A DNA stretch of 64,000 nt. Source: Planctomycetota bacterium (GTDB lineage: Bacteria > Planctomycetota > GCA-002687715 > CAIWVZ01). Positions 1 through 8,178 of the stretch are shown piece by piece. Location of the stretch: positions 32,001-96,000 of the forward strand of contig JBGANV010000009.1 in NCBI GenBank assembly GCA_044222185.1, written 5' to 3'. The first letter of the stretch is position 1, and every line of letters starts with the position of its first letter. The notes beneath the pieces are model-generated. The model was not told where the DNA came from and searched no databases. It was given only the letters and a program-made list of their open reading frames with translations. The position numbers and the translations under genes are program-made.

Positions 1-474
1 CTCGATCTCCCGGACGGTGTTCGCCGTCTTGTCGCTGGCGTCGATCTCGCGCGACATCTGCGCGCGCAGTCCGTCGACCGCGGCTGGATCCTGCACGAGC
101 CACAGCACGACATCCACCGGGCCCGTTCGCGGGCTCGCGATGAGCTGCGTGAGAGCCTCGTCGAGCTTCGCCGCGGGGTTCGCCGCGCGAAGCGCGGTCT
201 CGTGGGCGAGCATCGCCGAGACGTCGGCGCGGGTGCCGTCGGCTGCAACGGCGGTTCCAGAAACGCGGCCTGAAGCATCGACGGTCTTCGTCTCGACGAC
301 CGTCGTTCCCTGGAGGGGGAAGTTCAGCACGCGCTGATCGTGAATCTGGGCAGGCTTTGCAGGCGCGGCGACGGGCTGCTGCGCTGCCGTCATGCTGCAG
401 ACGAGCGCCAGAGCGGCCACCAGGGCCTTGGCGCGACGAATGGCTGATCGTGTCATTGCGTTCCTCTTGGTCAT
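1..474 (-). CDS. Secreted protein, N-terminal part only (runs off the left edge); possibly a peptidase pro-region
   Basis: Read by hand on the minus strand: ATG at 474 (alternative 456) opens a frame to position 1. MTKRNAMTRSAIRRAKALVAALALVCSMTAAQQP is a basic n-region plus hydrophobic h-region signal peptide, followed by ...AKLDEALTQLI...PVDVVLWL. It is absent from the ORF track because there is no stop in the window. Confidence 0.7.
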   Translation of the reverse strand, partial: MTKRNAMTRSAIRRAKALVAALALVCSMTAAQQPVAAPAKPAQIHDQRVLNFPLQGTTVVETKTVDASGRVSGTAVAADGTRADVSAMLAHETALRAANPAAKLDEALTQLIASPRTGPVDVVLWLVQDPAAVDGLRAQMSREIDASDKTANTVREIE

Positions 475-773
475 GGGACGTGGGGGAATTCAGTCCCGGG
501 GCGCCAACCGCGACCCGGGTGTCCAACTCACATGGACCAGAGCGTCCACGCCGGAATGAAAGTGACAGCGGCCGGTCGGTGAGTGTCGCCGGGGCGGCGG
601 AGGTCGGTGTCGACTCAGCCACGCCTCGTTTCCGCGTAATGACTTATGGCGATCATGTCGACGGCGTAGATCGGTCGAATGCGCGTTCCCGATGCTGTCC
701 GCCCTCGGCGCGGACCTGCAGGATTTGCGGATGACGCGGATGCGGGGACGGACCCTGCAACAATTGCCGCCAC

Positions 774-1583
774 GTGAACGACGAGATCCCACCGCCACCG
801 TCCCCTGACCTCCCGCTCCGCAACCTGAAGCTCGTCATCTCCTATGACGGCACGGCGTATCACGGGTGGGAAACGCAGAAGAACGGCCTTGCCGTCCAGG
901 AAGTGATCGAGGCGGCGATCCGACGCATCACCGGCGAGAGCGCGGCGATCGAGGGCTCGGGCCGAACCGACGCGGGAGTCCACGCGCTCGCTCAGGTCGC
1001 GAGCTTCACCCTTCGCAACCCGATCCATCCGCGGAAGCTCCTGCTGGCGCTGAACGCCGTACTCCCTGACGACGTCGCCATCGTGGAAGTCAGCGAAGTG
1101 CCGCCGGGATTCCACGCCCGTTTCTCCGTGACGGCGAAGACGTATCGCTATACGATCCTCAACGACCGCGCTCGGCGCCCTCTGCTTCGCGCGACGAGCT
1201 ACCACTTCCCGCAGCCGCTCGACGTCGAGCGCATGCGCGCGGCCGCCGAGCATCTCGTCGGAACGCACGACTTTCGCGCCTTCGCGAAAGAGGCGGCGCG
1301 CAGGAAGAACTGCGTGCGGACGATCTTTCGTGCCGACATCCGCCGGGATGGTCCGCTCATCCACTGCGAGTTCACCGGCAGCGGGTTCCTCTACAACATG
1401 ATCCGGATCCTCGTCGGGACGCTGATCGACGTGGGGCTCGGTCGCCGCAGGCCTGAGTCGTTCGCCGATCTCGTCGAAGGTCGCGGTCGCGCAGACGCCG
1501 GGTTCACCGTGCCGGCATGTGGGCTGTGCCTCGTCGACGTCCAATACGACTCGACCGAACCGTTACGCCCCAAGCACCTTTGA
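774..1583 (+). CDS. truA: tRNA pseudouridine(38-40) synthase TruA
   Basis: Motifs YDGTAYHGW, GRTDAGVHA (catalytic Asp), FHARFS, GTHDF, GFLYNMIRILVG. Confidence 0.97.
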   Translation: MNDEIPPPPSPDLPLRNLKLVISYDGTAYHGWETQKNGLAVQEVIEAAIRRITGESAAIEGSGRTDAGVHALAQVASFTLRNPIHPRKLLLALNAVLPDDVAIVEVSEVPPGFHARFSVTAKTYRYTILNDRARRPLLRATSYHFPQPLDVERMRAAAEHLVGTHDFRAFAKEAARRKNCVRTIFRADIRRDGPLIHCEFTGSGFLYNMIRILVGTLIDVGLGRRRPESFADLVEGRGRADAGFTVPACGLCLVDVQYDSTEPLRPKHL

Positions 1584-1671
1584 GGGTTTGCATGAAAAGC
1601 CGCGGATCGGTGAAGCGGCGGTGCGCGAATCCAGAACGGGCATCAGTGGCGCGCGATCCGGAGACGACCCC

Positions 1672-1677
1672 TATAAT
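1672..1677 (+). promoter_or_regulatory. Putative sigma70 -10 element for hpf
   Basis: Perfect TATAAT in a GC-rich background, ~60 nt upstream of the hpf start; no clear -35. Confidence 0.45.
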
Positions 1678-1735
1678 CAGCTGCTCACCTGGCGGGGCCC
1701 GGTGGGCATCGGCAAACCGTCGAAAGGAGCCACAC

Positions 1736-2035
1736 GTGGAGATCACCGTCACCTGCCGGCATTCCGGGATCACGCCGAGCATGAAGTCGTATGCGCAGGA
1801 GAAGGTGCAGAAGGTCACGCGGATTTTTGATCGCCTGACTTCAGCTCAGATCACATTGGATCACGATGGGGCCCTGCATCGGGCCGAAGTGAACGTTCAC
1901 GCTCCGTCAGGGCAGACGGTCGTCGCACACGCGACGTCCGCGAGCATGTTCAGCGCGCTCGACGAGATCGAGAGTCGGCTCGAGAACCAGTTGCGCAAGC
2001 TGAAGAGCCGGATCGTGGAGCGCCGGCACCAATGA
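1736..2035 (+). CDS. hpf: Ribosome hibernation promoting factor HPF/RaiA (short form)
   Basis: AAGGAG RBS then GTG at 1736; EITVTCRHSGITPSMKSYAQEKV...SMFSALD...LENQLRKLK matches the S30AE/HPF pattern. Confidence 0.93.
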   Translation: MEITVTCRHSGITPSMKSYAQEKVQKVTRIFDRLTSAQITLDHDGALHRAEVNVHAPSGQTVVAHATSASMFSALDEIESRLENQLRKLKSRIVERRHQ

Positions 2036-2334
2036 ACGACGCCTGATGGCAGGACCGTGGCGCGTCACACGATGCGCCACCTTGCGACCCCGGATGCCTC
2101 GCGGCGTTCCGGGGTCGTGTCGTTCCGGGGGTGTTCGTCTGGCGTTTCGGCAACGCGCGTGTTGCCTTAACGGGGCGTCGCCTGGGACCGGCGCGGCTGG
2201 CCACGCAATTCCACGCCCTGCCCCGCGCGCAACGGTCGGGATTCGGGCGCCCGGGCCGCCGCTCGATGCGGCACGGAGTGTGCATTGGCGGCGGAGCGTC
2301 CCCACCCCACAGACCGCACACGCCGGAGCCCGCC

Positions 2335-4527
2335 GTGAACACATCGCGCCTCGTCTCATTCGCCCTGTCAGCCGCGACCCTCGCCGCCGCCGCTGCGGGG
2401 CAGCTCTCGGGTCCCATCAAGCTCTACTCCAACCCCACCTGGTCCAACTGGACCACCGTCCCGTGCCAGGTGATGCCGACGCCGGCAATCAACAACGAGG
2501 CGGCGGACGATTTCGTCGTGAACGGCACGATCATGCGCGTGCTCGCCAACGGCTCTGGATGCTTGACCTGCGGCACCGTCAACGGAGTCTGGGTCCGGTT
2601 CTATGCGTGGAACAACGGCGCCGTCGGAGCGCTGCAGCACGAGCAGTTCGTCGCTTCGACGGACCCGCGCCTCCTCCTCGGCAACTCCTCCACGTCGGCC
2701 ATCGAGGTGACGCTCCCGATCCCGTTCGTCGCCAGCGGTCACCACTTCATCTCGGTTCAGGCGAGCTTCAACCCGGGAGGGACGTGGGGCATGTGGAGCG
2801 CGGATTTGAACTCGCCCCAAGGCTCGGCGGTGAAGGTCCGCACGAACGGCGGCGCCTGGGGTCCATACAACCAGATCTTCGGCGGCGTGCTGAACGCCGA
2901 CATCGACTTCGAGCTGTGGGGCATTCCCAACGTCATCCCGCCGCAGCCGGCGGTGGGACCGTGCGGGACCTGGTCGAATCTTGCGGCCACGTGGCCACAG
3001 GGGACGACGCGGTCGCTGGTCCGTGCCATGCGCGTGATCGGATCTGGCGATGCATGGCTCGTCGGCGAGTCCGACCTGAACCCCAACGGCAACATCGAGA
3101 CGTTCTCCATGGCGCAGCACTGGGACGGCGCCCGGTGGAATCTCGTTCCGACGCCGTCGCCGGCGCCCGCGCCCGGCCTGACCAACTGCGCGCTCTTCGC
3201 CGTCGACGGAACGTCGAGCAGCGATGCCTGGGCGGGTGGCTGGCAGAACATGGTCGTGAATGGCGGGTGGACCGGACAGCAGCTCCTCACGATGTACTGG
3301 GACGGGAACCAGTGGACCGTCGTTCCCGCGCCGCTGCCGACGACGAACCTCGGCGCGAGCGTCAACGGCGCCTCGGTGCGAAGCATCTCCGCTTCGGCAC
3401 CGAACGACGTCTGGTTCGCCGGCAACTGGGTCGATCTCAACCTCGCCACGTCGTTGACGTCTCATCCCGGGTTGCTGATGCGCTGGAACGGGTCGAGCTT
3501 CCAACGGTTCACTCCGCCGATCGTCTCGGGAGCGAGCGGTCAGGCCTTCGCTTCGATCAAGGCGTTGGCGCCGACCGACGTCTGGGCCGTGGGCTCTGCG
3601 ACGAACGGAACCAACTCGCCGGCCGTCGTGTTCCACTGGAACGGGACGTCCTGGACGAACATGCCGCCGCCGAATCCGTATCCGGGCTACTTCATCAACT
3701 ACCGCCAGGTGACGGCGCGCTCGATCACGGACGTCTGGGCGCTTGGCGAGGCGTCGAACATGGTCCCGGGCCAGGGTGGCACGTTCCTCTCGCATTGGAA
3801 CGGCAGCGCGTGGTCGACGGTCCAGGGCCCGGCCTGGTCGTCGACCACCGGCCCCCTCGCGCAGATCCACCTGGACCCGACCGGTGACATCTTCGCCATC
3901 GGGACCGGGGTGTGGCGCTACCACTCCGGAGCCTGGACGCAGATCGAAGCCTTCCCGACCGTCTCAGGGCTGGGACTCAGTTCCATCGATTCGTCCGGGC
4001 CCTGCGAGCTCTGGGTTGCGGGTGGGCAGCAACTGGCACTGCAACCGATGCCTTACGCCGCTCGCACGAACGCGCCCGGCCTGTGGAGCACACGGACGCG
4101 GCTTTCCTGCACCACGCTCGGCGCGCCGGCACTCCTGACCCGCGTGACGCCGCCGCTCGTGAACTCGGTCTTCACGGTGGCGGCCGCCGACGCACAGAAC
4201 TTCCTCAACGCCCCTGGGGGCGTGGCCCAGGCCATCTGGGTGATCGCCGCTCCGTGGGCCACCGCGGCCGGCTGCGGTGCGGCGTATCCGACGGGTGGCG
4301 TGGGCGGTGGAGCCGGCGAGCTCCTGATCGATCCCAACGCGCTCCTCGTCGCCATGGGGCCGACGACGGTGAGCGCGGCCGCGCCGACGGCCACGTGGTC
4401 CATCCCGCTTCCGCCGGTCGTGGCGCTGGTCGGCGTCGAGGTCTCCTCGCAGGCGGCCTTCCTGAACGCGGCGTCGCCCGGACAGATGGTCTTCACCAAC
4501 GCGCTGGACATCCACCTGGGTCTGTGA
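2335..4527 (+). CDS. Secreted beta-propeller-repeat protein with shared C-terminal domain
   Basis: GGAG RBS and GTG 2335; signal peptide NTSRLVSFALSAATLAAAAAGQ; N-terminal AADDF domain; about five repeats of D[AV]W[AL][VG]G...[HR]W[DN]GxxW; distinct C-terminal ~150 aa. Confidence 0.85.
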   Translation: MNTSRLVSFALSAATLAAAAAGQLSGPIKLYSNPTWSNWTTVPCQVMPTPAINNEAADDFVVNGTIMRVLANGSGCLTCGTVNGVWVRFYAWNNGAVGALQHEQFVASTDPRLLLGNSSTSAIEVTLPIPFVASGHHFISVQASFNPGGTWGMWSADLNSPQGSAVKVRTNGGAWGPYNQIFGGVLNADIDFELWGIPNVIPPQPAVGPCGTWSNLAATWPQGTTRSLVRAMRVIGSGDAWLVGESDLNPNGNIETFSMAQHWDGARWNLVPTPSPAPAPGLTNCALFAVDGTSSSDAWAGGWQNMVVNGGWTGQQLLTMYWDGNQWTVVPAPLPTTNLGASVNGASVRSISASAPNDVWFAGNWVDLNLATSLTSHPGLLMRWNGSSFQRFTPPIVSGASGQAFASIKALAPTDVWAVGSATNGTNSPAVVFHWNGTSWTNMPPPNPYPGYFINYRQVTARSITDVWALGEASNMVPGQGGTFLSHWNGSAWSTVQGPAWSSTTGPLAQIHLDPTGDIFAIGTGVWRYHSGAWTQIEAFPTVSGLGLSSIDSSGPCELWVAGGQQLALQPMPYAARTNAPGLWSTRTRLSCTTLGAPALLTRVTPPLVNSVFTVAAADAQNFLNAPGGVAQAIWVIAAPWATAAGCGAAYPTGGVGGGAGELLIDPNALLVAMGPTTVSAAAPTATWSIPLPPVVALVGVEVSSQAAFLNAASPGQMVFTNALDIHLGL

Positions 4528-4657
4528 CGTCTGGCAGGCCTTCGGGCGTTGCGTCTGGTGGTGGCGCCACATACCGTGACGCCGCTGCCTTGCCGCGGCT
4601 GCCGACGCACTGGCGTGATTCGGCGACGCGACCGAGAACACGGCCCGGACCGACGCA

Positions 4658-5131
4658 ATGGACCTGGAAAGCCTGCTCCCGACCCGCATTGCCCTCAACG
4701 ATCTGAAGGTGACCGATGCCGCTGGCGCGTTCCAACACGTCGCCGAGGCTCTGGCTGCCGCCACGATCATCGCCTCTGCTGACGTGACCTTCGTCGCCGA
4801 CGCCTTCGTCGACCGCGAGAAGAAGGGATCGACGGCGCTGGGCTTCGGCATGGCCGTGCCGCACATCTTCTTCGAGCGGGTGGCGACGCCGCACCTCGTG
4901 GTGGCGAAGTTGGGCACGACGGTCGACTTCCGCGCCGTCGACGGCCGCCCTGTGAACCTCCTGTTCTGCCTGATCTCGCCCGAGTCGGCCCGCCCCGCCT
5001 ACCTCCACATCCTCGGGTCGGTGGCACGCGTCGCGCGCGACAAGGACTGGCGGCGCTACATCGAGCGCTCCGCGACCGCAGGACAGGTCTACGACGCCCT
5101 GATCAAGGGCGACAAGTCGCTCGCGCGCTGA
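4658..5131 (+). CDS. ptsN: PTS EIIA component (Fru/Mtl/Ntr family, PtsN-like)
   Basis: DREKKGSTALGFGMAVPH (phospho-His), VDFRAVDGRPVNLLF. Confidence 0.9.
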   Translation: MDLESLLPTRIALNDLKVTDAAGAFQHVAEALAAATIIASADVTFVADAFVDREKKGSTALGFGMAVPHIFFERVATPHLVVAKLGTTVDFRAVDGRPVNLLFCLISPESARPAYLHILGSVARVARDKDWRRYIERSATAGQVYDALIKGDKSLAR

Positions 5132-5138
5132 GGACGGA

Positions 5139-6128
5139 GTGGACGAGCCGCTTCCCGCATCGACACGCGTGACCGTGATCGGTGGTGGTACGGGAATCTC
5201 GCCCTGCCTCTCCGGCATCAAGCACCTGACCGAGCTGGTGACGGCGATCGTCACCGTCGCGGACGACGGCGGTTCGTCCGGGCGGTTGCGGAAGGACTAC
5301 GACATGCTTCCGCCCGGCGACATCCGCAACTGCCTGGTCGCGTTGTCCTCCGCCGAACCCCTGCTCGCCGACCTCTTCAACTACCGCTTCGACGACGCCC
5401 TCCTTCGTGGGCACTCGTTCGGGAACCTCTTCCTCGCCGTTCTCACGAAGCTCACGGGCGACTTCCGCCAGGCGATCGAGCGGGCGCGGATGATCCTCGA
5501 CGTGCGAGGCGTCGTCCTTCCATCCACCACCCAGAGAGTCGTGCTCGTCGCCGAGCATCCGGATGGGACCAAGTCCACGGGCGAACAGTGGATCTCACGC
5601 AGCCAGAAGGCGATCGTGCGACTCCATCTGCGCCCCACGCCGCCCCCGATCTCGTCGGAGATCCGTGCGGCCGTCGAGGACGCCGATCTCCTCGTCATCG
5701 GGCCGGGAAGCCTCTTCACGAGCATCGTCCCGAACCTCCTGGTTCCCGGGATGTGCGCGGCCATCGAGGCGTGCAAGGGGCGCGTCGTCCACGTCGCGAA
5801 CCTCGTCACACAGCCGGGGGAGACGGACGGATTCGACCTCGAGCGCCACGTTCGCGCGATCCAGGAGATCGGCGGGCTGAAGCGCCTCGACATGGTGCTC
5901 GCCCACCGCGGGGACATCCCGGCGGCCATCGTCGATCGTTACAAGGCCTCGGGTGCCGAGGTCCTTCGCGCGCCCCCGCTCGGTGAGCGGATCTGTGGCA
6001 TCCCGATCGTCGGGGCCAACCTGGCACACGAAACCGAGGACCATCGCCTGCGCCACCACAGCTACCGGCTTGCCGAGGAGCTCCGACGGGTCTGCCAGGG
6101 CGTTCATGACGGAGCCCGCAATGGCTGA
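5139..6128 (+). CDS. yvcK: YvcK/GlmR family (gluconeogenesis factor, UDP-GlcNAc-binding)
   Basis: IGGGTG, VADDGGSSGRLR, PPGDIRNCLVAL, GHSFGNL, GPGSLFTSIVPNLL, TQPGET. Confidence 0.95.
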   Translation: MDEPLPASTRVTVIGGGTGISPCLSGIKHLTELVTAIVTVADDGGSSGRLRKDYDMLPPGDIRNCLVALSSAEPLLADLFNYRFDDALLRGHSFGNLFLAVLTKLTGDFRQAIERARMILDVRGVVLPSTTQRVVLVAEHPDGTKSTGEQWISRSQKAIVRLHLRPTPPPISSEIRAAVEDADLLVIGPGSLFTSIVPNLLVPGMCAAIEACKGRVVHVANLVTQPGETDGFDLERHVRAIQEIGGLKRLDMVLAHRGDIPAAIVDRYKASGAEVLRAPPLGERICGIPIVGANLAHETEDHRLRHHSYRLAEELRRVCQGVHDGARNG

Positions 6129-6420
6129 AGCAACTTCCGGAGAAAAACGAGCCGCCCGAGTGACGAAGATCGTGAACAAGCAGGGGTGGCATGCGCGCCC
6201 GTCGGCGCTCGTCGTGAAAACGGCGAACAAGTTCAAGTCGCGCCTGCAGATCACGATCAACGGCGAAACGGCCAACGGGAAGAGCATCATGGAGGTGATC
6301 ATGCTCGCGTCTCCGCTCGGGACCGAGGTCCTGATCGAAGCCTTCGGCGACGACTCCGAGGAGGCCGTCGCGGCGATCATGTCGTTGGTCGAGTCCGGGT
6401 TCGGCGAAGAGCTGGCGTGA
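6121..6420 (+). CDS. ptsH: Phosphocarrier protein HPr
   Basis: NKQGWHARPSA (His15) and NGKSIMEV (Ser46); start overlaps the yvcK end. Confidence 0.95.
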   Translation: MAEATSGEKRAARVTKIVNKQGWHARPSALVVKTANKFKSRLQITINGETANGKSIMEVIMLASPLGTEVLIEAFGDDSEEAVAAIMSLVESGFGEELA

Positions 6421-8162
6421 TGCGCATCTTCTCCGGAACCGTCGTCTCGGACGGCATCGCCTCGGGGGAGGCGCTCGTCCTGCGTCGCGGCGAGATCCAG
6501 ATCGAAGAGCAGTCGATCAAGCCCGCGCAGCGCGAGCGCGAGATCACCAGGCTCAAGCGCGCCGTCGACGCGACCCGCAAGGAGATCGATCAGCTCGAGC
6601 GCGAGACCCAGGGCAAGCTGGGTGACATCTCCCGACTCCTGAACATCTACCAGACTCTCCTCGACGACCAGACCGTGATGGGGCCGATCTTCGACCTGAT
6701 CCGTCTGAAACTCATGTCGGCGCCGACCGCAGTCCGGCAGGTGCTGCGCAACTTCGCCACCGAGTTCCAGAAGATGGGCGAGCCGTTCTGCAACTACGCG
6801 CCGGAGCTTCTCGAACTGGAGCGCCGGATCATCGCGGCGTTGATGGGCGAGGACTTGATGCGCCTCGACCGGTTGCCACGCCCCGTGGTGATCATCGCGG
6901 ACGAACTCACGCCCATGCAGGCGCTCGCACTCGATCGCGACAAGGTGCTGGGCTTCGCCATGGAAATCGGCAGCCCCGAATCGCACACGGCGATCCTCGC
7001 TCGCCATCTCGGGATTCCTGCCATGACCGGACTCACCGGGATCTGCGACGCAACCACCATGGGCGCCCGCGTGATCATCGACACGATCGGCGCGCGCGTC
7101 GTCCTCGATCCCGACAAGGAGACCGCGCAGGACGTCGCCAAGCTCAAGCGCAAGATCGACCGCGTCAGGCAGGCCTCGGCCGAACAGGGACCGCGCCGCG
7201 CGATCACCCAGGACGACGTCCCGATCGAGTTGCGCTGCAACATCGACACGTGTGAGAACGCCTTCGACCTGGCGGAGAGCGGCGTGCAGGGCGTGGGGCT
7301 TTTCCGTACGGAATACCTCTACCTCGGCAGCGCCGTGCCGCCCGACGAAGCGGCGCAGCTCGAGCAATATCGAGGCCTGCTCAAGTCGTTCGGGTCGCGT
7401 CCCGTCGTCATCCGCACGATGGACTTCGGTGCAGACAAGTTCGACCACCGCGTGAACGCGCCTCGCGAGCCCAACCCGTTCCTGGGGCTCCGCTCGATCC
7501 GCCTGAGCTTCGAACGCGAAGACCTCTTTCGTACGCAGCTCCGCGCCATTCTCCGTGCCTCCGTCCATGGGAACGCGGCGATCATGTTCCCGATGATCAT
7601 GGACGTGGCGGACTTCTGCCGCGCGCGTGGCATCGTCGAGTCGGTGAAGGACGAGCTGCGGGCCAAGCGGACGCCGTTCGTCGAGGGCATTCCCATCGGC
7701 GCGATGATCGAAGTTCCGTCTGCAGCGCTCGTCGCCGACAGCATCCTCGGCGAAGCGGCGTTCCTCAGCATCGGAAGCAACGACCTCACGCAGTACACGC
7801 TCGCCGTCGACCGTACGAACGGTCGAGTGGCCCACCTGTACAAGCCCCACCACCCCGCGGTGTGTCGCCTCATTCGTACGGTCATCGAGGCCGGGCAGAA
7901 GGCCCAGCGGCCGGTCTCGATCTGTGGCGAGATGGCCGGGAACCTGCGTTGCATTCCGCTGCTGCTCGGCCTCGGGCTACGGTCGCTCAGCATGGCGGCG
8001 CCCCGCCTCTTCGACGTCGCCGAGCGCATTCGGCGCGTCTCGATCCCTGCGTGCGAGGAACTTGCCTCCGCCGTGCTGCGCGCCGGAGACGCCGACGAGT
8101 CGTTGAAATTGCTCGAGGAGTTCGAGGCCCGCTCCGCCGATCGGCGTCGCCGCTCACGTTGA
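6420..8162 (+). CDS. ptsI: PEP-protein phosphotransferase, PTS enzyme I (no GAF domain)
   Basis: TGATG coupling to ptsH; SHTAILAR (phospho-His), GVGLFRTEYL, EPNPFLGLRSIR, MIEVP, SIGSNDLTQY, ICGEMAG. Confidence 0.96.
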   Translation: MRIFSGTVVSDGIASGEALVLRRGEIQIEEQSIKPAQREREITRLKRAVDATRKEIDQLERETQGKLGDISRLLNIYQTLLDDQTVMGPIFDLIRLKLMSAPTAVRQVLRNFATEFQKMGEPFCNYAPELLELERRIIAALMGEDLMRLDRLPRPVVIIADELTPMQALALDRDKVLGFAMEIGSPESHTAILARHLGIPAMTGLTGICDATTMGARVIIDTIGARVVLDPDKETAQDVAKLKRKIDRVRQASAEQGPRRAITQDDVPIELRCNIDTCENAFDLAESGVQGVGLFRTEYLYLGSAVPPDEAAQLEQYRGLLKSFGSRPVVIRTMDFGADKFDHRVNAPREPNPFLGLRSIRLSFEREDLFRTQLRAILRASVHGNAAIMFPMIMDVADFCRARGIVESVKDELRAKRTPFVEGIPIGAMIEVPSAALVADSILGEAAFLSIGSNDLTQYTLAVDRTNGRVAHLYKPHHPAVCRLIRTVIEAGQKAQRPVSICGEMAGNLRCIPLLLGLGLRSLSMAAPRLFDVAERIRRVSIPACEELASAVLRAGDADESLKLLEEFEARSADRRRRSR

Positions 8163-8178
8163 GGCGGCCGGCCGATCG

